Of a stretch of DNA of 64,000 nt, positions 12,471 to 23,880 are shown piece by piece. The stretch lies in the NCBI GenBank assembly GCA_030390025.1, contig CM059432.1, forward strand, positions 44,394,001-44,458,000, given 5' to 3'. Source of the DNA: Squalus acanthias (taxonomy: Eukaryota). Position 1 is the first letter of the stretch. Every line of letters starts with the position of its first letter. The notes below the pieces were generated by a model, which did not search any database, had not been told where the DNA came from, and was given only the letters and a program-made list of their open reading frames with translations. Position numbers and translations under genes: made by a program.

Positions 12471-13246
12471 TCATTCAATAAACTCTCCGCACTTCATTAA
12501 AGTGCGATTGCCTTCATTACTTAATCTTCTGTACCTATTGTTGAATGGCTCTGATTGGTTGAAAGGAGTAAATTAACTGTGAAAACACCGACAGGTTTAC
12601 TCGTCATTTGAAATCCTCTGAAATATCCTGACATTTCAGTGGAAACACCAGTCGGGGAGGAGAGGGAGAATTAAACAAATCAAAAGAAACTGTATTTAAT
12701 CATATCACACAAATCACAATAAAAGAGATGCTCAGAACATAATGACCGCCCACACTCCCACATACAGGGCCAAGAACAGGCATTTTGACATGAAAGGATC
12801 GGTTAATTACATGCTTTTCTTGGAATCACAGATATCTTCATTGTTAAACAAATGTCTTTCAGTTTGTACTGCTAACTAGGTCATATATTAATTCAAATTG
12901 CAAGAAGAGGTATTGCAAACTCCAAAATAGATATTTAATGACATGGACAGGTTTATTTGTTCATATTTTATTTGTGTTCTGCTGATTTATGTACTTTGGA
13001 CATTCACCCACTAAATCCACGTGGGTGTATTCTATATTTCAGTTTAGAAATTTCAGTTTTAACACCCACCACTTATAGCGGGCAAATCGCATTAATACCA
13101 ACGTGCCCGTTATAAATGGTGGGGACTGGAACTAGAACCTAATTGTGTTGTGCAAAAGAAATTTCAAAACTACTCTCACTTTTTAATCAATTGCATTCTA
13201 ATCTGATACAGTGCCCACAGCTTATAGTGGGCATGTTGGTGTTAAT

Positions 13247-13987
13247 GGCCCAGAAATTGATCTCGCTCTGTTCCCGCGGGGGTAAGGCTTTCCCGCGATC
13301 TCTCACCTCGCTTGTGCTTTTTCAGATCCAGCTCGCACGAACTTGATGTTCTAGAGATCAGCTGGGCAGTGCTTGCGTATCCCAGCGGCGTAGTGAATTC
13401 GTGCGAGCTGTGGGATCACGTGACTCAGTTAGAGCCAATGGCAGCACACCATCTTCCATTCATAAGTTTCACATACTGCTGTGAAATCTATGAATCTTAC
13501 ACCCCCCCAAAATAACAGCTAAACCGCAATTAAATTAAAAAAAAACCATCACATTAATAAAATAAGTATAGTTAATTAAATTAACCATTTTAAATAAAAA
13601 ATAAAATTTTTGAAAAAATTTAAAATCTTTTAAAAAGTTATAAAAATAAACTTACCTGTCTTTAAAGTCTCTAAAAAAGATATACCTGTAAAAAAAAATT
13701 CAAAAAAATACTTAATTCACTACTTACCTTCTTAAAAGTGGGTCTTACTCCTCCTTTTTACATTTCTAAAATCTTCAGTACTTACCTGTGCGTCCAAAGC
13801 ATGAAGTGCACAGCGTGCGCGCAGCCTGTAGCGCGCACGCGATGCACCGAGGAACCGCCCCCTTTTCAAAAGAGCAATTGCCGGTTTTCAGCGCATGCGC
13901 AGGGCATGCAGAAAACCGGCAATTGGAGTGGGAATACGCGAGAGTACGCAGTGCGTACTCTCGCGTCGCGGGATCAATTTCTGGGCC
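13247..13987. mobile_element. Harbinger-type MITE family A, copy 1
   Basis: 20-bp TIR GGCCCAGAAATTGATCYCGC (1 mismatch); TSD AAT; homologous inverted copy at 49730-50475. Confidence 0.9.
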
Positions 13988-14380
13988 AATGTAATTTACC
14001 TGTTATAAGCAGTGTCCGGTTAAACCATGATAGATTACGTTTCCTCATTTCGATCCTTGTTTTGTTGCTCTAACAGACTGAAGCTAGCCAACACATTCTT
14101 GACAAACTGAAATCAAACAATATACAGGAGCTGAGGAAAAACGACAGCCTGGGAGAATTCACGGCCAGTTTCGATTGTGCGTTTCTCTCTTCCTCTCTCC
14201 CCCTTCATGGCTCCATTTTGATGCCTTTGATAATCCAATTATCAAGACAAAGGGCCGATTTCACAAATGCATGGGATTAAGGAGGTGCAAATTTATTGAA
14301 GGACCTATTGAAATGTTTGAAATAAACCAATGTGAGAAGTCGCACAACACCAGGTTATAGTCCAACAGTTTTATTTGAAA

Positions 14381-14417
14381 TCACAAGCTTTCGGAGCGCT
14401 GCTCCTTCGTCAGGTGA
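14381..14417 (-). ncRNA. Minimal type I hammerhead ribozyme (antisense arm)
   Basis: Exact reverse complement of 14468-14504. Confidence 0.7.
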
Positions 14418-14467
14418 AGTGAAGAGATCTCTTCACTTCTCTTCACTTCTCTTCACATCTCTTCACT

Positions 14468-14504
14468 TCACCTGACGAAGGAGCAGCGCTCCGAAAGCTT
14501 GTGA
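14468..14504 (+). ncRNA. Minimal type I hammerhead ribozyme
   Basis: TCAC-CTGACGA-A-GGAGC-agc-GCTCC-GAAA-GC-TT-GTGA: core CUGAnGA and GAAA, stems I and II, palindromic stem III (AAGCTT). Confidence 0.75.
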
Positions 14505-14938
14505 TTTCAAATAAAACTGTTGGACTATAACCTGGTGTTATGCGACTTCTCACATTTGTCCACCCCAGTCCAACACCGGCATCTCCACATCATGAAATAA
14601 ACCAGCAAGCTTAATATGTTATAGACAGCGCCTTTGTGATTGACTCCTATGGTAATGGGAAATGGTTTGCGCTATTTGTCCGATATAGGCGGATGCCCGT
14701 GCTAAGTCCGGATGGTGTAAGTGGTGGGGACTGTAATTACTTCCTGTAAACACATTACTATAATTTTAGCGCTCAAAACTACTGTTTGCAAATATCAATG
14801 CATGACATCTAACACGTCCAAATGCCATTCTGTTGTCGACTATTTTAATAGAGGCATTAACCAGTTTATTTTAAATGGGTAATGCCTTCCTTAAAATAGC
14901 AGCACAGGAATGCATACAAATGCCCTGAGTTTCACTAA

Positions 14939-15126
14939 GGCCCTGAATTTCCTTGGCAGTTATCCCATCTCCTGCCATAACTTCGGTCGGAGATTGTTGG
15001 AATCCCCAGAGAAACAGTGTTAATGGCCAATTTCAGATGTTTGTGTTGTTTTTCTCGGGGTTTCACAGATCTCCCGCCGAAGTTACAGCAGGAGATCAGG
15101 AGAAACCCCACCAAAATCTAGGGTCC
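14939..15126. mobile_element. Short Harbinger-type MITE
   Basis: GGCCCTGAATTT...AAAATCTAGGGTCC; internal inverted repeat CTCCTGCCATAACTTCGG / CCGAAGTTACAGCAGGAG. Confidence 0.6.
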
Positions 15127-15803
15127 ATTATTATAAAAGTCAATTTCATTTTTTTGGCAGGGTAAATGTAATATAAAAATTGTTTCATTATCTTATGGAA
15201 CAAGCATCTTCTAAAATCTCTTTGAAGTGCAATCTCAATGATAATGACCCATTTGTATTCATCCCAATTGCCTTGGAAGATCAGATCCTGCAAATATAGA
15301 GCACTTTACTTATGAAGCTAAAGTAAAGTGTGCTTTGTCTCTTGTAATTTGCAATATCCATCTACTTTATAATGTTACAGTTGTATCAGTCAATCAGTAT
15401 TAATGCAAACCTCCTTCAAGATTTGGTTTTGTCTTTCTCCCTGAACGATCTTGGCATCAATTTCTGTCTTTCTCACCATTTTAATTTAAAAGTGGAAAAC
15501 ACTCTTTAAAAGAAATAAATCAGGCGAAAGAATGGCAGCACCGATGCAGGCATTGAAGTTGGTCAAAACCACGTTGACAGTTCAGAAAGTGAATGTCATC
15601 CGATAGTTCACAAGACTGTCTCACAACACTCTACACACGGTTCCCTGAAAGTTAGAGTATGGCAAAACATATAAAACATAGGTATAGGACAATTGTAAGA
15701 AACAGCCAGCACCAAGGATCCTGAATTTAGTTTCTTTCTCAGTCATGTTTTCAGCCCCCAAAAATCCCTAATGGTAATCAGTGTTTGTAAAATAAATAAT
15801 ACT

Positions 15804-16540
15804 GGAGGGAATTTTAACCCCCAAAATTGGGTGGGTTTGGTTCAGGTGGGAGGTTAAAAAGCTAAAAATCTGAACCAGGAACCGAACCCGCCCACTTCCG
15901 GATTTAACGGAGACAGGGCAGGGGACAGGCGACCAATCCGCTCGCAGGAGGTGGGTTGGTAATTTAAATATTTTAATGAGGCTGCGTACCTTCATTTTAA
16001 CATTGATTCTATTTTTAACTACAGTTGGCCGGGTCCCAGGCCTCAGGAAACCCGGCAGGTCAAAGGAGGCGAGAAGGGCTGAATTCCTACGGTAAATGCC
16101 TTTACAGCACTACTTGTGGGCCAGGAGGAGCAGGAGTGTTTCTTCCAGGCAACAAGCTACTCAGGAAACTTTCCCCCGTGATCTGTCTGCTCCCCCCGCC
16201 CCGCCGTGATCGTACTCCCCACCATCTGCTCCCCCCGACCACCATCAGTCCCCTCCCCGCGATCGGACCCCCCCCACGATCTTTCCCACCTCCTACTAGA
16301 CCTACCTGCTCTCAGCCCAACACAGCTGTGGCCTTGAGCTGCAGAAGTTCCTGCCCGACGAGCAGTTGACCTGTCAATCAGGCTGGCTGTGGGCAGGAAT
16401 CCTACAGAAAAAAATTTAAAGACGTCTTTGAAAACTGCAGGGCATTTGGGAAACCCATACCTCCGGGTTTCCCGACTTCAAAACAGCCTCTGCCACCCCA
16501 CCCCCGCTCACTCCCCGCCTCTGCCCATCAATTTTGGCCC
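15804..16540. mobile_element. GC-rich Harbinger-type MITE
   Basis: GGAGGGAATTTTAACCC...CAATTTTGGCCC ends; GC island in AT-rich surroundings. Confidence 0.5.
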
Positions 16541-17069
16541 TATTCTGGCACTATCTTGTAAGCAGCATACTGCCGGCCTTTTTGCAACTGTGAAACCATT
16601 CACCGTGAGGGTTTTTGAACAATCATTTAAAAGGCAAGTACAAAAAAATCCATTCTAGCCACAAAGTAATAACTGTAGAACAATATGGAGCCTCTTAAAT
16701 CACTTTCCAACAAAATATAGACTGTTGCTATGCGCACCATTTAAAATTATGTCAAGGATCAAATTCAGTACAGATGTTGTCACAGAACTGTAATTTATTT
16801 TCAGCAGCAGCCTTTTAAATGTCAGCAATAGAGATCCCATCACATAAAACTAAGGAAGAATGTATACAGTACAGTAAAAAATATAGACCATTCTTATAAC
16901 GAGCTCCTTGTTACTGATAGGCCTAGCTCTTAAACAGTGTTTTATAATAAGGATTTACAGTATATATATAATTTTATTAATAGGTATGGGAGGCAGTACA
17001 CAATATTCCAGATATACATACACATTCTTGAGACTCACAGCCTAATCAGTTACCCAACATAGTATAATG

Positions 17070-17230
17070 TAGTATTTGCAGCACAGAAACAGGCCATTCG
17101 GCCCAACAGGTCCATGCCGGTGTTTATGCTCCACACGAGTCTCCATCCACCCTTCTTCATCTAACCCTATCAACATATCCTCTATTACTTTCTCCCTCAT
17201 GTGTTTTTCTAGCTTCCCCTGAATTGCAAC
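17070..17230 (-). mobile_element. CR1-type 3' tail fragment
   Basis: CAGCACAGAAACAGGCCATTCGGCCC hairpin region, similar to the other CR1 tails. Confidence 0.55.
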
Positions 17231-17949
17231 TATGCAATGGAACAGAATTGCAATGCTGATAAAGCTCTGAATTATCCAGCCATTCCAAAGCAGTCTATAC
17301 AGATTGCCTTGAAGGCCTGCATTTATAGAGTGCAGCTATAAGGTTGTGAAGCTTTGCACTGGGAGTGAGAATTTGTAAAATCTACCCGAAAGAGTATAGC
17401 TACAATGAAAGATAACAAAATAAGAATAATGATGACAATATATTTGTTCATTGAATCTGCTGGTTCCCTAATTAACCCTTTACACTTTTAAAATTTGTAA
17501 TGGTAGTTCCTCCAAACACAGCACTTTCTTTATAAGATGCACCACTGCATTTTATTTTTATTTTTCATATCAATACTAAAGCTGTGTATTTTGGAATAGC
17601 AATCTCCTAAAAATTAATATTGTTTGCAACAACAAATTTCCTAACTTATGGTTTTATATGAATCTGCAAAACACACTCCCTTAGCATTGTGTTTTTATGT
17701 AAACCTTGTCATAATTGTTGGAGCAGTGTCAGTTCTTCACCACTCAAAAGTGGTATCATCAGGAGTGTTGCCCAAAGGTCCATCCAGTAGCTACATTTAT
17801 CTTTATTACTATATCACTGCTTGAGATGCCAGATTCATTTGCAAATCCACATTCTTTGCATCGTAGAAAAAGCATGAATATCCAGCACTACTACAGCAGA
17901 CAATGATTAAACTATGGTATGAGTGCTACTCAAAATAAGATTGAATTCA

Positions 17950-18760
17950 TACAAAAGAAAATGGCTGGAAATACACAGTGGACTCACATTCCCCTCTCCC
18001 AGGTCTGAGCATAAATTGGGTGGAGCTCAACCAAAGTGCGCTTCACCTAATGGAATCTGAACCCACTCATAATTTGTTGGTTCAGATTATTTGAATAGCT
18101 CGGACACTCCCTGGTGCAGGAATAGCCCTTGGAATAGATTTGCACCTAAAAGTCGGGGAGAATAGTTTGCTACTGCTACACAGCCGGGAGGCCTGCAGAA
18201 GCAGTAATGGCAGCAACCAGAAGGCCTGCAGCCAAGGTGCTCATCTTGGTGACCCTGTAAAAAAAATGGACTTACCTTTTGGTACCTCTAGATGTTTGGT
18301 GCCTGCCTCTTCTCAGATCCTCTAATGCTATGGGCACTACCAAGTGAAGGCCCTTTAAACTGAGCCTGGAGCAAGGTGATGTCATTCCCGTCTCATTACC
18401 GTTACACTTACATTCTGTACCTCCTCCTGCTGCCTCAGGGAAACCCCCAAAGGTGCATGTGAAGCGCAAAGGGGATGGACCCCGGGTGTCACTGGTCTCT
18501 GCCCATTTTTCCTCTGCTTTGCTACCAGGCAATAACCACACCCTGGGCACAAAGCAGAAGAAATCATCCCCAGCAAGTCTATCAGTGCCAGTAAAGAGAA
18601 AAGACTGGTTAACGTTTCATGTGGAACTCTTCTTCTGTTCTGATGAAGGGTACACAATGAAACATTGGCTTGACCTTTTTCTCTTTACAGATGTTGACTG
18701 ACCAGCTGTGTATTTCTAGCATTTGTTTTTTTGTTTCAGATTTCTAGCATTTGCAGTTTC
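17950..18760. mobile_element. Decayed Penelope-type fold-back with an internal GC-rich insertion (~17990-18565)
   Basis: CTGATGAAGGGT...GAAACATT decayed hammerhead core near 18640; tail homologous to 34130-34188. Confidence 0.5.
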
Positions 18761-19884
18761 TTTCTTTTTATTGGTACAGAATGAATTCATGGTATTTCAG
18801 TCTCAGTGTCAGAACATCAAGCTCTCAGTCATGGATAGCAGACAGTCAAAATCCACAGCCAAAAGATAAGTTCAGGGGGCAGAGCTACAGGACACTTTCA
18901 GTTTCTTTGTAAAATATGAACACTTCACTTTAAGGCATGTTTCACCACTGGCTGGGTAAGTAGGTTGCTGATATCATCTTTGATGGAGACAAACCATTGC
19001 CAGAAGGGGGAGTTGTTTACAACTGTACTTGAAAGGCTGGTGCTGAAATATAAATCAATTTTACCCACAGATCAAAAACAGTGGTGCAATAAAGAGACTC
19101 TTACCTGCATTTGCAGCTTGTATTTTTTAAGTGCATATTTAAGTGATATACAGATGGCTGCCAGTGATTCTGCACATAATTTTGTTTTACTGGTACAGCT
19201 TTGCTCACTGTTTTGGCATGTTTGCAGATCTCATACTGCACCCAGGCTTTTTAATGAGATATGCAGCAGGAGAACGCCAAATGGGAAGATTCTAGTAAAT
19301 TCTAGGAGAATTGGATTTTCTGGAATGGCAACATGAGCCATCCCAGCTTTGACTTGATCACTGACCCAGGAACCAGTTGTAAATTGAACTGATAGAGAAA
19401 CTCAACAAAACAAAATCAATCTGAAACACGATAATCAAATATAAATTAGTGCAATCTAACACAACATTGCTCACAAAGCAAGGCTAGAAGTGGGCCTCAA
19501 AGCTTTCATAAGTCAATATTTCAGAATTATCCCAGATAAATAAACAAGATAACAAAATACTGAAAATCTGAAATAAAAACAGAAAGAGCACAAAATTCCT
19601 CAAGCCTGGTGTGTGGCAGGGGCAGGAAACTCGCTCCACCGCTGACCTCTGCTCTTGACCCCACCAAAGTGTCTGGGGTCAGGGCAGGGCCATCTGATTT
19701 AAATATTTTCAGCAGGTGCCTTCACCAGTGTGGGAAAATCTTGGGTGCGTGCTGTTGGACATCCTGGAGAGTTGTATGTTGGACATCTTGGGGAGTTAAG
19801 GGTTAATAGTCAAACTTTGTGTCTTGGAGCAACAGATTTTCCAATATAAACAGGATGGCTTTGATATACGAAAAGTGCTCGTGC

Positions 19885-19995
19885 AAAGAAATAAGAGGAT
19901 TGCAAATGTTACACCCTTGTTCAAAATAGGGGAGAAGGATAAGCCTGGCAATTACAGGCCAGTCAGTTTAACGTTGGTGGCGGGGAAGCTTTTTG
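19885..19995 (+). mobile_element. Short CR1 RT fragment
   Basis: Reads ANVTPLFK.GEKDKPGNYRPVSLT. Confidence 0.7.
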
Positions 19996-20159
19996 GGTAG
20001 ATGGAACTTCCAGCTGCCCTTGGCCCCACAGAATCTCAGCAGCATCACTCTTTTGGATGGAGACTCTGCATTTCCGGGTTCTGCCTGAGCTTCCTCTTCT
20101 CTCGAACCTCTTGCACCCATTTTACTCCAGTTGCACCCAGACCCTGAGGAAATTCAGAG

Positions 20160-20330
20160 CTAAAGTGCTGGAAATTCAGAGCAAATGAGTCGGCATCTAT
20201 AAATGGAAAAGATAGGTTAACTTTTCGGGTATTGCCCCTGTTATACACCTGAAATGTTAACCTATCTTTTCCCTTTATAGATACTGACTTACCTGCTGTT
20301 TATTTTCAGCATTTTGTGTTTTTGTTTCAG
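20160..20330. mobile_element. Decayed Penelope-type fold-back
   Basis: Inverted arms GGAAAAGATAGGTTAAC / GTTAACCTATCTTTTCC; tail like 34130-34188; hammerhead core lost. Confidence 0.55.
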
Positions 20331-21085
20331 GATTATCCTTGTATTTCTCCTGTTTACATGTAACCACTTTCACAGATTTGCTGCAAATTCTCTGATGTAA
20401 AGTGATTAGTTTAGTTATGTTTAGTCATTAACATTAAAACTGTCACAGCAGTGCTGGCAAAGTGGAATTCATTAGTAATGTTGGTAAAAGTAAAACAGAG
20501 TCTTCCCTTAGGATACCACAGCATACAGTTATGTAGTGTATACCCACTTGACATTTCTCTTCTGTTGAGGTACATATCAATTTAGCAAACTGTCCACCCT
20601 GTCCTCAAATTATTACTCGTTGTTGTTTATTCACTACTGTTTTGACAGAGAAAAGGTTAAAGGGTAAACAAATGAGGTATGTTAATGTGAGGCTGATGGT
20701 GCACTAATGTGCAGTGCCATGGCAGTGGGTAGTGTAGATTTGGTTCCCTATACTATTGAATTCTTAATCTTAGCTATGCTGAGGACTGAAGTGAAACCAG
20801 AGAAACACTCCTCCCCATGCCCTTATACTCTTGGTGGCCCACTTTTGAAAGACATTGGAAGAGGCCTATGAGCAGATCTCCTAACTTACTTCCTGGACAC
20901 TGGAAATGCTTGACATGGGGAGACAAGTGGAACTAAACAGAAAACAGAGGGACCTTATACTCTCCCAAAAAGGACACTGTGTGCATACCTCATGTGTTTA
21001 AGCATATAGATACAGCAGGTTATTCTTTCAAAGAAAAATAATTGGGAGCAATAAAAAAAGTAGCAATGCAGATTCCAAGGCTCAC

Positions 21086-21222
21086 CTTTCCCGGCGGGTC
21101 TGCTCCTCTGTGGTTTCCATGGCACATTCCAAGGAATTCTGCAAAGACTGAAGCTGGTTCACTGTTTCTTTCAGCAGAAAGCGAGTCACAAACTGTTCCA
21201 GATTACATGAATCCTGGTAATC
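21086..21222 (-). CDS. NECAB1: Internal coding exon of N-terminal EF-hand calcium-binding protein 1
   Basis: 137-bp exon TTTTTTCTTGTGCAG|GAT...GAAAG|GTGAGC, phase 0 to phase 2; translates [45 protein letters not shown](R), closely matching my recollection of human NECAB1 ([46 protein letters not shown]); not in the ORF track. Confidence 0.9.
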
Positions 21223-21447
21223 CTGCACAAGAAAAAAAATACACAGGCTATACCAGCAGGGCAGATCCGCATTATACTGAAATAAAACAATCCCACTGGA
21301 AATGATAGTTTAGTTGGTATCAATTGAAGAAACTGGTTACAGAGTGAACTGAATGCTGTAGTACTGTTAATGTAATTTGAGTTCAGCAGTTTGATTAGTC
21401 TGAGCCACTGTTGTTCAAAGTACTGTACAGGAGGGATTGGGTTTTTC

Positions 21448-21912
21448 AAGAAAGAAAGAGCTGCATTTATACAGCACCTTTCACAATCACCGGATGCCGC
21501 AAAGCGCTTAACAGCTAATGAAGTACTTTTTGAAGTGTAGTCACTGTTGTAATGTGGGAAATGCAGCAGCCAATTTGCGCACAGCAAGCTCCCACAAACA
21601 GCAATGTGATAATGACCAGATAATCTGTTTTAGTGATGTTGATTGAGGGATAAATATTGGCTAGGACACCAGGGATAACTCCCCTGCTCTTCTTCGAAAT
21701 AGTGCCATAGGATCTTTTACGTCCACCTGAGAGAGCAGATGGGGCCTCGGTTTAATGTCCAATCCAAATGACAGCTCCTCCAACAGTACAGCACTCCCTC
21801 AAGTACCGCACTGGGGTGTTAGCCTAGATTTTTGTGCTCGAGTTCCTGAAACTGGGACTTGAACCCACAACCTTCTGACTGAGGTGAGAGTGCTACCAAC
21901 TGAGTCACGGCT
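21448..21912 (-). mobile_element. Full-length tRNA-derived SINE, DeuSINE (SacSINE1-like)
   Basis: A box (GTGACTCAGTTGG) and B box (GGTTCAAGTCC) on the minus strand; Deu-like core GGACGTAAAAGATCCTATGGCACTATTTCGAAGAAGAGCAGGGG; L2-like tail ending (TTTC)n. Confidence 0.8.
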
Positions 21913-22189
21913 GATCACAAATTCAGTGATTTAGGCCGCGATTTTATTAATGGAGGCGGGTTGAGGGCGGGCCCGCTGTTCGGCAGCTTTCAGACCCGCT
22001 CCCAGGATGCCGCCACCGAGCAGTTACGATTTTACCTTGATTGGCCTCGTTACGGCCGACGTGCGGGTCCCTCCAGGCAATTGCTTGGAGCATGTCAGAT
22101 TCTCGCCTCTGATGACGCGTTGTTTGAGTAAAAATTTAAAGGGGCCATGTCTCCTTTGCAAAAGCATTAGATTTTTTCTCTTAAAGGTG

Positions 22190-22445
22190 CTGGCTGCTGC
22201 AGGAATAGCAGCCCCAAAAACTAAGGCTGCACCCAGGTTCAATGAGGGCTCTCTCCGTGCTCTTGTGGAGGGAGTTAGAGGACGTCAGAAGGTCCTCTTC
22301 CCTGGAAACGGAAGGAGGAGGCCTCCTCAGCAAACCAAGGCAGCTTGGCTGCAAATTGCTGAGGAGGTGAGCTCTGAGGTCTGTGAGCAGACGCACATGG
22401 GTTCAGTGTCGAAAAAGGTTTAATGATCTGCTGAGATCACCTAAG
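22190..22445 (+). pseudogene. Harbinger Myb/SANT gene exon 1 (downstream exons absent)
   Basis: AAPRFNEGSLRALVEGV...AAWLQIAEEV, frameshift, WVQCRKRFNDL, then AAG|GTG. Confidence 0.75.
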
Positions 22446-22599
22446 GTGTGGCCTCTGTGTTCTGGGAAATGGAAGTTCAAGAGTGAGGGCTCAGGGCGAA
22501 TTCCATGTCGAATGATGGTGGTGACACTGAGCGCAAACCACCGTTTATTGGACAGATGATGCCTGGGGTTTTGAGAATGTTGGACTTATATTCATCTCC

Positions 22600-23880
22600 A
22601 TGTGCCAGCCACCTGTGGTTGAAGCATAAGCTTACGCGAATCTGGCATGGAGGAGTGCATCCCTTGCCTAATGGCCAGCAATGTGGTCGCCTGCTGCTGG
22701 ATTGGCCACATCCGGCCCCGCAAAGCATCGCTCCCCGTCCTCCTCATTTTCTTCCTCATCCTCCTCCTCGTCCTCTTCCTCCGAGAGGCTGTGTGCTGAG
22801 ACACTTGTTCATCCGGCAGCACTAAGCCACGCTGCTGTGCAATGTTGTGCATGGTACAGCAGACCACGACGATTCTGAACACCCTGGCTGGTGCATACTG
22901 CAAGGCTCCTTCAGATCTGTCCAGGCATCGGAATTGCATTTTGAGCAAGCCGATGGTTTGCTCGATGATGCTTCTGGTGGATATGTGACTCACATTGTAG
23001 CGCTCCTCAGCTTCGTTTGATGGCCTCCTCATCGGTGTCATAAGCCACTTTTTCAGGGGATAGCCCTTGTCACCAAGAAGCCATCTGGCAAGTTGGGTTG
23101 GCGGATGGAAGAGCTGAGGCACAGTAGACTGGCGCAGGATGAAGGAGTCATGGCAACTGCCAGGGTACTTTGCGCAAACATGCATGATGATCTTCCTGTG
23201 GTTACACACCAGCTGGATGTTCAGGGAGTGGAATCCCTTGCAGTTGACAAATACAGCTGGGTTGTGATAGGGGGCCTTAATGGCTACATGTGTGCAGTCT
23301 ATGACACCCAGCACCATTGGCAAGCCTGCCATATTGGTAAAGCCATCCGCACGCAACGTCACACTCGGGCCATCCGTGGAGAAGTGGATGTAATTGTGCG
23401 CCTTTGCAAAGAGGGCATCGGTGACCTGTGTGATGCAGCGTGTGCAGCCGGCTGGGAGATGCCGCTGATGTCTGCAGCTGATCCCTGGAAGGAGCCCGAA
23501 GCAAAGAGGTTGAGTGCGGTGGTGACTTTGACAGCCACTGGTAAGGAGTGTCCACACGCTCCTATGGGCTCCTGGTGGTGGTGCAGCATTGCGCAGATGT
23601 CAGCATCTACGTCTCTCGAAAGTCTCAGCCTCCTTTGGCACTGCTGCTCAGTCATGCTGAGGAAGCTGATCCTCAGCCTGTAAACCCTGTGTTGGGGGTA
23701 TCTCCTGCGGCGAGGTGCAGCCCTGCGCTGAGGCCCTCCGCCCTGTGCATCATCAGGCGGCTGAGGAGGAGGTTGGCGCTCCTGGTGCTGGTGCTGCTGT
23801 TGTGGCTGGTTGTGGTGCTGCCGCGGCTGCTCTTCCTCCGAATCTGACAACCAGGATGAGAGGATATAAATGTTTCCCAT
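22600..23880 (-). pseudogene. Harbinger (HARBI1-like) DDE transposase
   Basis: Two overlapping ORFs joined by a frameshift near 23440; IDCTH, HDS, GDKGY and IEQTIG motifs all intact. Confidence 0.92.

Larger units (their letters stand above)
14330..14592 (+). mobile_element. Penelope-like fold-back (inverted pseudo-LTR) insertion
   Basis: 99-bp inverted arms with 1 mismatch, ~36-nt 3' extension, 12-bp TSD TGAAATAAACCA (14318-14329 and 14593-14604). Confidence 0.85.
13209..14733. mobile_element. Non-autonomous Tc1/mariner (pogo/Tigger-like) element hosting two nested insertions
   Basis: TA|CAGTGCCCAC...GTGGGGACTG|TA; a related miniature copy lies at ~13063-13129. Confidence 0.65.

Noticed and set aside
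14076..14280. Plus-strand acceptor followed by an open frame (TEASQHILDKLK...)
   Set aside because: Inside the Tigger-like element and antisense to the host gene; peptide not recognised
18965..19336. 123-aa ORF in unique DNA
   Set aside because: Non-ATG start, no recognisable motif, no supporting splice structure on that strand
21850..21912. tRNA gene
   Set aside because: The A and B boxes form the head of a SINE; no full cloverleaf
22600..23880. Domesticated host HARBI1 gene
   Set aside because: Frameshifted, bounded by TIRs and a TSD, and one of several paralogous copies in the window
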